Of a stretch of 64,000 nt of DNA, positions 10,078 to 19,438 are shown one piece after another. Below the pieces are notes generated by a model. It was given only the letters and a program-made list of their open reading frames with translations. It ran no database searches and was not told the DNA's origin. How positions within the stretch are numbered: position 1 is the first letter of the stretch; the number at the start of each line of letters is the position of its first letter. Position numbers and translations under genes: made by a program. Location: contig JAFDEI010000040.1 in assembly GCA_019310425.1 (NCBI GenBank), positions 108-64,107 of the forward strand. The letters are read 5' to 3'. The stretch comes from Deltaproteobacteria bacterium (GTDB lineage Bacteria; Myxococcota_A; UBA9160; SMWR01).

Positions 10078-11016
10078 TCACCCCTGAGGGGCAAGCGGAG
10101 GCAAAACCCGTACCGGATGGAGCCGCCGCCCAGGCCGGACCTCCATGACCGCGAGCAGCCGCCCCCCGGGTTCCAGCGCCGCGATACAGCTGCCCGGCCG
10201 CTGAGGCGGGCCCAGCGCGGCAATTTCACCCCCATGTCGTACCGTCGTCACATCCGATTCGTCGAGCTGAATGACCGGAAACCCCAAGACCTCGACCGGA
10301 GGAATGACGAATCGATCGACTTCGCCCATCTCGGCCGCGGCCGCGAGCTGCTTGTCGGTCACCGCGTCCTCCAACGTGAACGGTCCGCTGCGTGTTCGGC
10401 AGAGGTTCTTCAGGTGCCCGCCGCAGCCGAGCCTCACCCCCAGGTCCGATGCAATGACACGGACATAGGTTCCCGCCGAGCAGGCAACCTCGACATCGAC
10501 ATCCGGGGCCGAGAAGCTGCGCAGCTCGAGTCGGTCGATTCGAACCCGTTTCGGTGGTCGTTCGACCTCGCGCCCCTGCCGCGCGAGCTTGTGCAACGGC
10601 ACACCATCCTGCTTGACCGCGCTGTACATCGGTGGGACCTGGTCGATCTCGCCGAGAAAATGCCCGAGCGCATCGCGCACGGCCGCTTCCTCGGGCAACG
10701 GGCCTTCGTGCCGGCACAAGACCTCGCCGTCCGCATCGAGTGTGTCGGTCGTTTCGCCGAGCCGGATCGTCCCGACATAGCCTTTTTCACCGCCCTCGAG
10801 AAACGGCACGAGCTTGGTCGCGGATCGCAGTGCGAGCGGAAGCACGCCGGTCGCGAGCGGATCGAGCGTCCCGAGATGCCCGACCTGGCGAGTCCCGAAC
10901 CAGCGGCGGGCCGCATCGACCACGTCGTGCGAGGTCCAGCCCTGCGGCTTGTCGACCGCAACGAAGCCCGACGGCCCGCTCCGCTCCCAGCGGCGCGGCT
11001 TATGCTTCCTCGCCAT
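10078..11016 (-). CDS. truB: tRNA pseudouridine(55) synthase TruB
   Basis: GFVAVDKPQGWTSHDVV...VGHLGTLDPLATGVLPLAL...YVGTIRLGETTDTLDADGE. The ATG at 11016 (MARKHKP) gives a normal length; the ORF extension to 11160 is not TruB-like. Confidence 0.9.
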   Translation of the reverse strand: MARKHKPRRWERSGPSGFVAVDKPQGWTSHDVVDAARRWFGTRQVGHLGTLDPLATGVLPLALRSATKLVPFLEGGEKGYVGTIRLGETTDTLDADGEVLCRHEGPLPEEAAVRDALGHFLGEIDQVPPMYSAVKQDGVPLHKLARQGREVERPPKRVRIDRLELRSFSAPDVDVEVACSAGTYVRVIASDLGVRLGCGGHLKNLCRTRSGPFTLEDAVTDKQLAAAAEMGEVDRFVIPPVEVLGFPVIQLDESDVTTVRHGGEIAALGPPQRPGSCIAALEPGGRLLAVMEVRPGRRLHPVRVLPPLAPQG

Positions 11017-11356
11017 CGGCAATCTCCCGGAGCAATGACAGCGTCCTGTCTCCCTGTTCGAGCGTCGGGTCGAAGCGGAACTCGAGCCTCGGCACGCGTC
11101 GCAACGGCAACACCTTGGCGATTCGCCCACGGACGAACGCTGCGGCACTCTCGAGCCCATCTTCGACCGCAGCCAGCGTGTCTTTGGAATCGACTGCGAC
11201 CGAACTCCAATAGACGAGCGCGTTCGAAAGGTCGGGCGCGCAATCGATACGCGTCAACGTCACCATTCCGATCCGGGGATCACTCACATCCTCGTGCAGG
11301 ACGCGCGCAATCTCCTCCTTCAGCTGCTCGGCGATGCGTTCGGTTCGGCGGGACAT
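11000..11356 (-). CDS. rbfA: ribosome-binding factor A
   Basis: 118 aa: MSRRTERIAEQLKEEIARVLHEDVSDPRIGMVTLTRIDCAPDLSNALVYW...RVPRLEFRFD. Overlaps the truB start by 17 nt. Confidence 0.9.
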   Translation of the reverse strand: MSRRTERIAEQLKEEIARVLHEDVSDPRIGMVTLTRIDCAPDLSNALVYWSSVAVDSKDTLAAVEDGLESAAAFVRGRIAKVLPLRRVPRLEFRFDPTLEQGDRTLSLLREIADGEEA

Positions 11357-11359
11357 GGC

Positions 11360-11710
11360 TCATTCCACGGGGCTGGCCACGCCGAAGGGCGGCTCCCCAT
11401 CTTCGTATGAACCTTCGCGGTATGGAAGGTCGATCAACTCCACGTCGCTGTTCATCACCTCGGCCAGGTGCAGTTCCTCGACGAATGCCAGGGCCTGCTC
11501 CAGCACTTCGCGCACCCTGCGCCGGTCCGAACCAACGGTCGAAAACCCCAGCACGGCGAGCTGCCAGGTGCCCTGCCCCCCCACCTCGGCCACCGACAGA
11601 TTGAAGCGGTTGCGCACCCGCTGGGTGATGGAGCGCACCACGCCCCGCTTCGCCTTCAATGTTTGTGAGCCGTGGACGTGGATTTCGACCGCGGCCGTCC
11701 CGACGATCAT
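11360..11710 (-). CDS. DUF503 (YlxP-like) protein
   Basis: [56 protein letters not shown] matches the DUF503 pattern. It sits in the usual position between infB and rbfA, with an ATGA overlap on the infB stop. Confidence 0.75.
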   Translation of the reverse strand: MIVGTAAVEIHVHGSQTLKAKRGVVRSITQRVRNRFNLSVAEVGGQGTWQLAVLGFSTVGSDRRRVREVLEQALAFVEELHLAEVMNSDVELIDLPYREGSYEDGEPPFGVASPVE

Positions 11711-14154
11711 TCGAGAGTCGGGGGTTTCTCTGAGAGCTTGTAAGTCTCGATCACGTCGCCGATCTTGACGTCGTTGTAGCCGTCGATCCCGATGCCGCAC
11801 TCGAATCCGGTAGCGACATCGCGCGCATCGTCCTTGAATCGTTTGAGCGACCCCAGCTTGCCCTCGTAGACCTGAACGCCATCGCGCACCAGCCGGCACA
11901 GATCCGAGCGAGTCACCTTGCCCTCGGACACGTAGCAGCCCGCGATGGTGCCGATCTTCGGAACCGTAAACGTCTCGCGAACCTCCGCGCGGCCCTGGAA
12001 TTCCTCTGTCACGGTCGGCGGGAGCAATCCGACCATCGCGGCCCGGACTTCGTCGATGAGCTCGTAAATGACCTTGTACATCCGCACGTCGACGCCCTGG
12101 CCCTCAGCCTCCTTGCGAGCAGCCGGATCCGGGCGCACGTGGAAGCCGACGATGATCGCGCCACTCGCCTTCGCGAGCATGACGTCGGTCTCGGTGACCG
12201 CGCCGACACCGGAGTGTATGACGTTGACCTTGACGTCGTCGGTCGACTGCCGCAGCAGCGCGTCGCGGACAGCCTCGACCGAACCGTGCACATCGGCCTT
12301 GAGCACGATCGGCAGCTCCTTCACACCGCCGCCTCCGGCACGCAGGAAAAATTCGTCGAGGCTGAACGTCGGCCGAGCCTCGGCGGGTCGCTTGCGTATT
12401 TCGTCGAGGCGATGGTCGACGATCTCTTTGCCGATGCGTTCATTCTCGACGACGTGCACCGCCTGGCCGGCCTTGGGGACGCCGGAGAGGCCGGTCACCT
12501 GCACCGGTACCGACGGCCCGGCCTGCTTGATGCGTTTGTCGTTCTCGTCTTCCAGCGCACGAACCCGGCCCCATTCGGTGCCGACGACAATGACGTCACC
12601 ACGCTCGAGGGTGCCCTCCTGGATCAGCACCGACGCAACCGGGCCGCGCCCCTTGTCGAGGCGCGCCTCGAGCACGACGCCTTTCGCGCGCACGGTCGGA
12701 TCAGCCGCGAGCTCGAGCACCTCGGCCTGGAGCGCGAGCATCTCGAGCAGCTTGGGCAGGCCGGTCCCCTTCGTCGCGGATATGTCGACACAAATCACGT
12801 CGCCACCGAATTCCTCGGGGATGAGGTCGTGCTCCATCAGTCGCTGGCGGGTCTTCTGCGGGTCGGCGCCGGGCAAGTCGCACTTATTGACCGCGACGAC
12901 GATCGGCACTTCGGCTGCCTTCGAGTGAGCGATCGCCTCGATGGTCTGCGGCATGATGCCTTCGCTGGCCGCAACGACGAGAATCACCATGTCCGTCACC
13001 TGGGCGCCGCGGGCGCGCATGTCGGTGAAGGCCGCATGCCCCGGCGTATCGATGAAGGTGAGCAGCCTCCCGTCGACCGTCACCCGATAGGCGCCGATGT
13101 GCTGGGTGATACCGCCGGCTTCGCCCCCGACGACGTCTGTCTTTCGCAGCGCATCGAGGAGCGATGTCTTGCCGTGGTCGACGTGGCCCATCACTGTGAT
13201 GATCGGCGCGCGGCCTGTGCGGTTCTTCGGATCGGAGGATTCGACGGGTGCATCGAGATGACTCTGCTCGTCGAAACCGACGTCCTCGAGCTCTTGTCCG
13301 AACTCTCCTGCAACCTTGCGAGCCATATCGACATCGAGCAACTGATTGATCGACACCATCGTGCCGAACGCCATCAATTTCTTCTGGACTTCGGGAGCCT
13401 TCGCACCGAGCAGCCGCGCGAGTTCGCCGACCGAGACGCTGCCTTCGACACGAACGACCTTGGTGGTCTCTTTCGCCCCGGCGGCGGCCGGCTTCTGCGG
13501 CGCAGCATCGCGACGACGACGGCGAGGAGAGGTCATCGAACGCGGATCGACGGTGATCGGGCGCCGGCCCGTGCCGCGGGCTGTGGCTTGACGGGCCAGC
13601 GTCTCCTGCTCACGCAGGTTCACGACTTCGCGCACGAGCTTGCGCTGCTTGCCGTCCTTACCATCCTTGCTTTCGCGACGTTCCTGGGTACCAGCCGGCG
13701 TCGGCGGGGTCGCGGACGGCTTTGCCTCTTTCGCGGGCGACCGGCTCGGGGCGGCTTTCGTGTCCGCAGCGGCTGCAACGGCCGGCTCGGCTTCCGCCAC
13801 CGGCTCGGTCACGACCTCCGGCGTCGCTTCCGGTTCGGCGGCTACGACTGCGGGATCGGCCTCGGCCTCGGCCGCGATCGGTCTGGGCTCGGGCTCCGGC
13901 TCGGGCTCCGGCTCGACCTTCTTGCGCCGTCGAATGACCGCTGCACCACCGTCGCGGGTAACCCGCTTCTCGCTGACAACCTTCTTTTCACTGGAGACGC
14001 CGAACTTGGCGCGAATCTTCCCCGCGTCTTCCTCGTCGACCGAGGCCATGGCGCTCTTGAGCTCGACGCCCACCAAGGCCGCCTTCTCGACGATCTCGTT
14101 GCGCTCGATCCCCAGTTCTTCGGCCAGCTTGTATGCCCTGATCTTCGCCATCAA
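11707..14154 (-). CDS. infB: translation initiation factor IF-2
   Basis: 815 aa. The G domain has [22 protein letters not shown] and NKCD. The C-terminal domains are intact, and there is an acidic/Pro-rich (EP)n linker in the N-terminal part. Confidence 0.95.
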   Translation of the reverse strand: MMAKIRAYKLAEELGIERNEIVEKAALVGVELKSAMASVDEEDAGKIRAKFGVSSEKKVVSEKRVTRDGGAAVIRRRKKVEPEPEPEPEPRPIAAEAEADPAVVAAEPEATPEVVTEPVAEAEPAVAAAADTKAAPSRSPAKEAKPSATPPTPAGTQERRESKDGKDGKQRKLVREVVNLREQETLARQATARGTGRRPITVDPRSMTSPRRRRRDAAPQKPAAAGAKETTKVVRVEGSVSVGELARLLGAKAPEVQKKLMAFGTMVSINQLLDVDMARKVAGEFGQELEDVGFDEQSHLDAPVESSDPKNRTGRAPIITVMGHVDHGKTSLLDALRKTDVVGGEAGGITQHIGAYRVTVDGRLLTFIDTPGHAAFTDMRARGAQVTDMVILVVAASEGIMPQTIEAIAHSKAAEVPIVVAVNKCDLPGADPQKTRQRLMEHDLIPEEFGGDVICVDISATKGTGLPKLLEMLALQAEVLELAADPTVRAKGVVLEARLDKGRGPVASVLIQEGTLERGDVIVVGTEWGRVRALEDENDKRIKQAGPSVPVQVTGLSGVPKAGQAVHVVENERIGKEIVDHRLDEIRKRPAEARPTFSLDEFFLRAGGGGVKELPIVLKADVHGSVEAVRDALLRQSTDDVKVNVIHSGVGAVTETDVMLAKASGAIIVGFHVRPDPAARKEAEGQGVDVRMYKVIYELIDEVRAAMVGLLPPTVTEEFQGRAEVRETFTVPKIGTIAGCYVSEGKVTRSDLCRLVRDGVQVYEGKLGSLKRFKDDARDVATGFECGIGIDGYNDVKIGDVIETYKLSEKPPTLE

Positions 14155-14214
14155 CTCTTCATCGCCTTTACGTCGTCAGCCCGCGCGCGCGCCGACCTGC
14201 GAGATTCCCTTGAA

Positions 14215-15563
14215 TCACCCGGTCGTCTCTTCACCCTCGGTTGTTTCTACCGGTTCCGTCTCCACTTCGACCGCTGCCGCCGCCTCGGCGGCCTTGGCTT
14301 CGGCCGCTGCCGCCGCTGCGGCAACCTGCTCGGCCTCGACACGCTCGGCTTCGAGACGCTCCGCCTCTTCCTCTTCGGCCTTCTTGCGTACGGCGAGCTC
14401 CGCGGCCTTTTCCTTGATCGACTGCGCGCCGGCTTCGTCGATGCCCGGTAGCGAAGTCAGTAGATCGCCCTCAAAGGCCGCGAGATCCTCGAGCGAGGTA
14501 ATGCCCTGCTGGAGCAGGAGTTCACCTTCGGGATCGCCGCAGCCCGGCACGACCGCCACCGCCTCGGAAAGCCAGGCGGCGAGTTCGCGAGGCGCACGTT
14601 CTGCCCCTTGCGGCCGATCGCGAGCGACAGCTGGTCGTCCGGCACGATCACATCCATCGACTTCTCGGCCTCGTCGATGATGACCTTCGAGACCTGCGCG
14701 GGCGAGAGTGACGAACAGACGTAACGGGCCGGATCCGGGCTCCAAGGCACGATGTCGATGCGCTCGCCGCGCAACTCCTGCACCACCGCCTGCACGCGGC
14801 TGCCCTTCATCCCCACGCACGCGCCGACCGGGTCGACGTCGCTGTCGCGGGAGACGACCGCAATCTTCGCGCGGCCGCCGGGCTCGCGCGCAGCCGACTC
14901 GATCCGAACGATACTTTCGTAGATCTCTGGCACTTCCTGCTCGAAGAGCTGCGTGAGAAATTCCAGACACGCGCGCGACAGTACGATCTGCGAGCCCTTC
15001 GCGGCCCTGTTCACGTCGATCATGTAGGCCCGAATCCGGTCGTTCGGCCGATAGCTCTCGCGCGGCACCTGCTCCTTCAAAGGCAGCACGGCCTCGGTCC
15101 GGCCAAGATCGACGACGATTGCGCCCTTCTCGAAACGGCGGACGATGCCGTTCACGATCTCGCCCTTGCGGTCCTTGTACTCCTCGTAGATCGTGTCGCG
15201 CTCCGCTTCGCGGATGCGCTGGATGATCACCTGCTTCGCGGCCTGCGCGAGGATCCGACCGAAGCCGGAGGTGTCGAGCTTCACCCCGATCTCGTCGCCC
15301 ACTTCGGCGTCGGAATCGAATTCGTGTGCGGCATCGAGCGCGATCTGGGTTTCCGGCGAAGTCACTTCTTCGACGACTTCTCTAAATTCGAACAGCTCGA
15401 TCTCACCGAGTTCGTCGTTGAATGTGGCTTCGATTTCCTTCTCCTGTCCTACCTCGCGGCGAGCAGCCTGTTTCATCGCCTCTTCGAGCGCGCCGATGAT
15501 TTCCTTCGCATCGATGCCCTTGTCCTTGGCGATCTGGTCGATTTCGCGTTTCAGGCCGATCAT
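14215..15563 (-). pseudogene. nusA: transcription termination/antitermination factor NusA, frame interrupted after the KH2 motif (pseudogene or assembly artefact)
   Basis: Frame 1 (from ATG 15563) reads a normal NusA through S1/KH1/KH2 to AIGRKGQNVRLA (Ala codon 14588-14586), then turns into nonsense (NSPPGFPRRW). From 14586 another frame reads ELAAWLSEAVAVVPGCGDPEGELLLQQGITSLEDLAAFEGDLLTSLPGIDEAGAQSIKEKAAE (HhH-like C-terminus) down to the stop at 14215. Confidence 0.85.
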
Positions 15564-16141
15564 GCACGCTCCATCGCAGATTTCTCATCCCTCAGCTTCA
15601 TTGCAGTCTCGCTACTTCCCGCGAAATCCTCGCGGGTGAATTCATAGATCGAACTCGCCGTAGCGACCTCGGAGAACGGAATTTCGAACTCGAGCCCATC
15701 GACTTCGACACGCGCGATGCCGCCATCGAATGCCGTGAGTCGACCGCGAAAGCGCCGACGGCCGTTCACGGGCTGACGTGTTTCGATTCGCACCTCGGAG
15801 CCGCAAGCCACGCTGAAGTCCTTCTCGCGCGCGAGCGGTCGATCGAGACCGGGCGACGAGACTTCGAGCCGGTAAGGCGCCGCAATCGCATCGGCCGCGT
15901 CGAGATGAGTTTCGATCTCGCGCGAAACCTCGGCGCAGCGCTCCACCGGCACCCGGCCGTCGCCGACCTTGGTGTCGATCACGGCACGCAGCAGCCACGG
16001 CTGCCGGCCGTGTTTTTGCACGATGTCGACGAGTTCGAAACCCGCGTCTTCGACGATCGGTTCGATCAGGATTTTCAGATCCTCCGGAATGTCTCGATAC
16101 ACGTCATTTCGACCTGCTGGTCTATTCGCATCCACAAACAA
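15560..16141 (-). CDS. rimP: ribosome maturation factor RimP
   Basis: IEPIVEDAGFELVDIV...YRLEVSSPGLDRPL...RFRGRL. ATGA overlap with the nusA start, in the canonical rimP-nusA-infB order. Confidence 0.85.
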   Translation of the reverse strand: MFVDANRPAGRNDVYRDIPEDLKILIEPIVEDAGFELVDIVQKHGRQPWLLRAVIDTKVGDGRVPVERCAEVSREIETHLDAADAIAAPYRLEVSSPGLDRPLAREKDFSVACGSEVRIETRQPVNGRRRFRGRLTAFDGGIARVEVDGLEFEIPFSEVATASSIYEFTREDFAGSSETAMKLRDEKSAMERA

Positions 16142-16328
16142 AAAAAGCGGACATCAGCCCACTTTCCCTTCCAGACGAAGCCGCCCGCCCGGAACCCAAC
16201 CAAGTGTCGCTTGCCCACATCTCGCAGCCGTCCTCGCACGGCCGCCCCTCAGCTTCGAGTACGGACGAACGATCGGCGGATGCTCATGTAAGCCCGCGTA
16301 ATCTATCCAAATTCCTGCCGGAAAGCAA

Positions 16329-17270
16329 TCAGGATCGACGGTCGGGGGGAATTTCCAACGCCCCTACCAGGTCCGAGACCCGTTCGATCCCGTGGCGCTT
16401 CAGATAGTCCTCGATGCCGTCGACGATCTCCCCCGCCACAGCCGGGTCGAGGTAGTTCGCCGTGCCGACCTGGACCGCTGTCGCTCCGCAGAGCAGGAAT
16501 TTGATGGCGTCGGCCGCCGTCGCGATCCCCCCGATTCCGCAGATCGGCAGGGTAACCGCCCGCGAAGCCTGCCAGACCATGCGCAGTGCAATCGGCCGGA
16601 TCGCGGGTCCCGAAAGACCGCCGAGCACATTCGAGAGCACCGGCCGGCGGGTCTCGGGGTCGACCTCGAGCCCCTGCACGGCGTTGATGAGCGAGATGCC
16701 GTCGGCTCCCTCGGCTTCGCAAACACGCGCCATCTCGCCGATGTCCGTGACGTTCGGCGAGAGCTTCACGAGCAGCGGCCGAGAAGTGGCGCGACGAACG
16801 CTGCGAACGAGCTCTGCGAGAACCTTCGGATTCTGCCCGAATTCGATCCCACCACTCTTCACGTGCGGGCAGGAGGCGTTGACTTCGAGCCCGGCAATGC
16901 GCGGTTCCTCGGACAGTCGCTCGGCGACGGCCGCGTAGCCCGCGATCTCGGTCTCGAAAAGGCTCGCGATCACCGTTACGCCGTCGGGGATCACCGGGAG
17001 CTTTTCATCGATGAACGCATCGACGCCGACATTCTCGAGACTGATCGCATTCAGCATCCCCGATGGGGCCTCGGAAATGCGCGGCGGCGGGTTCCCGAAA
17101 CGCGGCTTCAGCGTGAGGCTCTTGGCGACGAAGCCGCCGATTCGGCGCAGGTCGAGGAACGGCGCAAACTCGCTGCCGTAGCCAAAAGTCCCCGATGCCG
17201 TCAGAACCGGGTTGCGAAGCGGGATTCCAGCGAGGTCGACCCGGGTATCGGGAGCCTGAGAGGCGCTCAC
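16329..17270 (-). CDS. pyrD: dihydroorotate dehydrogenase, class 1B catalytic subunit
   Basis: NPVLTASGTFGYG, GMLNAISLENVG, EVNASCPHVK, GGLSGPAIRPIALRMV and GIGGIATAADAIKFLLCGATAVQVGTA. The GTG at 17270 overlaps the pyrK stop (GTGA); the longer ORF to 17417 is an artefactual extension. Confidence 0.9.
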   Translation of the reverse strand: MSASQAPDTRVDLAGIPLRNPVLTASGTFGYGSEFAPFLDLRRIGGFVAKSLTLKPRFGNPPPRISEAPSGMLNAISLENVGVDAFIDEKLPVIPDGVTVIASLFETEIAGYAAVAERLSEEPRIAGLEVNASCPHVKSGGIEFGQNPKVLAELVRSVRRATSRPLLVKLSPNVTDIGEMARVCEAEGADGISLINAVQGLEVDPETRRPVLSNVLGGLSGPAIRPIALRMVWQASRAVTLPICGIGGIATAADAIKFLLCGATAVQVGTANYLDPAVAGEIVDGIEDYLKRHGIERVSDLVGALEIPPDRRS

Positions 17271-18082
17271 GGCAGCCCCTCCCACGCGACCTGCTCGGCG
17301 TCGAACATCGGTCCGTCGCGACAAACGAGCGCATAACCTCCGGTCGCGAGCGGCGCCGCACAGCCGAGGCACACCCCGAATCCGCAGGCCATGGTGTTCT
17401 CGAGCGAGACCACACACGGACGGCCGCGCGCAGCCGAGATCTCCGCGCAGCGGCGCATCATCGGCGTCGGTCCGCAGACGTAGACGCGGGCCGTCCCATC
17501 CACCGCGAGCTCCGCCTCGAGCAGGGCCGTCACGAGGCCCTGCTCGCCCGCACTCCCATCCTCGGTCGCGAGTCGTAGAGCGACGCCGAGGGATTCGAAG
17601 TCCTCAACGCCCATCAGGTCATCACGCGTCCGGGCCCCGAGCAACACCGACACTTCGGTATTCGCCCGTGCGCGCGCCGCGAGTTCGTAGACAGAGGCAA
17701 TCCCGGTTCCGCCCGCGACCAGGATGGCTCGTTCCCCCGATTCCGGCAGGTCGAACGAGCGGCCGAGTGGCCCCACCAGCGCGACGCGCTGGCCCGGCAA
17801 CACGTCGGCGAGCAGGCCGGTTCCGCGGCCGCTTACTTTGAACAGAATCTCGACCACCGCGCCCGCGCCCGCGGGTGCCGCTCGGTACACCGCCATCGGG
17901 CGCGGCAACAGCGGGTCGCTGCGCACAACATCCGCGCGCGACCCCGGCGACAGCATCACGAATTGGCCGGGGCCGAATCCGCGCCAACCGTCGACCTGCA
18001 GACGCAGTCGCCGGTTCGCGCCACCCTCAGAACGATTCTCGACGACTACGGCGTCGGTCCGAATCGGCACCGGATCAGCCAC
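17267..18082 (-). CDS. pyrK: dihydroorotate dehydrogenase electron-transfer subunit
   Basis: 271 aa with an FNR-like fold (RPMAVY, GPLG, GGTGIA) and the C-terminal 2Fe-2S motif CGFGVCLGCA. Lies directly upstream of class-1B pyrD. Confidence 0.85.
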   Translation of the reverse strand: MADPVPIRTDAVVVENRSEGGANRRLRLQVDGWRGFGPGQFVMLSPGSRADVVRSDPLLPRPMAVYRAAPAGAGAVVEILFKVSGRGTGLLADVLPGQRVALVGPLGRSFDLPESGERAILVAGGTGIASVYELAARARANTEVSVLLGARTRDDLMGVEDFESLGVALRLATEDGSAGEQGLVTALLEAELAVDGTARVYVCGPTPMMRRCAEISAARGRPCVVSLENTMACGFGVCLGCAAPLATGGYALVCRDGPMFDAEQVAWEGLP

Positions 18083-19433
18083 GGTCCACCTCGATCTTCA
18101 GGCTCTTGATCTTGCGCGACAGACTCTCGCGAGCGATCCCGACCGACTCGGCGCTCCGCGAAATATTCCAGTCGTTCGCGCGCAACCGCGCGATCAGGAA
18201 TTCACGCTCGAAATTCCGACGCGCCTCACCGAGCGTTCCCGACTCGAGGCCGACGTTGCCGGGCGTCGGAACGGCGCGGGACGGGGTGGGCAGGTCGGAC
18301 GCACCGATCGTCTCCCCGGGCAGCATGATCACCAGGCGCTCCATCAAGTTCCTGAGCTCGCGCACGTTACCGGGCCAGGTCTGCTGCATCAGTCGTCGTT
18401 CCGCCTCCGGCGTGAGTTTCTTGCACTGAACGCCGGCCGCAGCGCAGAACTCCGCGATGAAAGCTCGGGCCAGGACCGGAATGTCTTCGGAGCGCTCCCG
18501 CAGGCTCGGCACCCGAAACGGAAGCACATTGAGACGGTAGTACAGATCTTCGCGGTAACGCCCCGCAGCAATCTCCTCCTCGAGGTTGCGGTTCGTCGCC
18601 GCGATCACGCGTACGCCGACCTGGATCGTCTCGGTTCCACCAACGCGCTCGAATTTCTGCTCTTGAAGCATCCGCAGCACCTTGGCCTGGGTCATCAAGC
18701 TCATGTCGGCGACTTCATCGAGAAAGATCGTGCCGCCGTCGGCGATTTCGAAGCGGCCGCGCTTGCGCGCCACCGCGCCCGTGAATGCGCCCTTCTCGTG
18801 TCCGAATAGTTCCGACTCGATCAGGTCCTCGGGAATCGCCGCGCAATTCATCTCCACGAACGGACCGTCGGCGAACTTGCTGCGCAGGTGAATCTGGCGG
18901 GCAACGAGTTCTTTGCCTGTACCGTTTTCCCCCGTGATCAAGACCCGGCCGTCGCTCGGGGCAACCGTGTCGATCTGCTGCTTGAGCCGCAAGATGGATT
19001 GGGAATCCCCGATGATTTCCCGCGCCTGCACGTTGTGCGCACGCAGGCGCGCATTCTCACATTCGAGCCGCGAACGTTCGAGTGCGTGCTCGATGGTGAG
19101 CAGCAGTTTGTCGATCGAAAGCGGCTTCTCGATGAAGTCGAACGCACCGAGCCGCGTGGTGCGTACCGCGGTCTCCACCGTCCCGTGCCCGCTCATCATC
19201 ACAACCGGCAGATCGGGCCAACGTCCGCGCACATCGGCGAGAATCTCGACACCATCACGCCCCGGCATCGCGATATCGAGCAACAGCAGCTCGGGCAAGC
19301 CGTCTTGCGCGAGAGACCGCAACGCCGCCTCGCCGTCTTCGCAGGTGGTGGTCTCGAAGCCCTCGTCGCCGAGGATGCCCGCAATCGAGCTGCGGATCCC
19401 CGCTTCGTCGTCGACTATGAGGACGCGTGCCAT
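18075..19433 (-). CDS. sigma-54-dependent response regulator (NtrC family; NtrX-like partner of the upstream kinase)
   Basis: Receiver domain (MARVLIVDDE...LLLLDIAMPG), AAA+ domain (GENGTGKE, ESELFGHEKGAFTGA) and a C-terminal Fis-type HTH (NISRSAESVGIARESLSRKIKSL). Confidence 0.88.
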   Translation of the reverse strand: MARVLIVDDEAGIRSSIAGILGDEGFETTTCEDGEAALRSLAQDGLPELLLLDIAMPGRDGVEILADVRGRWPDLPVVMMSGHGTVETAVRTTRLGAFDFIEKPLSIDKLLLTIEHALERSRLECENARLRAHNVQAREIIGDSQSILRLKQQIDTVAPSDGRVLITGENGTGKELVARQIHLRSKFADGPFVEMNCAAIPEDLIESELFGHEKGAFTGAVARKRGRFEIADGGTIFLDEVADMSLMTQAKVLRMLQEQKFERVGGTETIQVGVRVIAATNRNLEEEIAAGRYREDLYYRLNVLPFRVPSLRERSEDIPVLARAFIAEFCAAAGVQCKKLTPEAERRLMQQTWPGNVRELRNLMERLVIMLPGETIGASDLPTPSRAVPTPGNVGLESGTLGEARRNFEREFLIARLRANDWNISRSAESVGIARESLSRKIKSLKIEVDRG

Positions 19434-19438
19434 CCTCG

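Noticed and set aside
13881-13915. Hexanucleotide-like repeat GGCTCGGGCTCCGGCTCGGGCTCCGGCTCG.
   Set aside because: It encodes the (EP)n linker of IF-2 ([12 protein letters not shown]), an ordinary low-complexity linker rather than a non-coding repeat.
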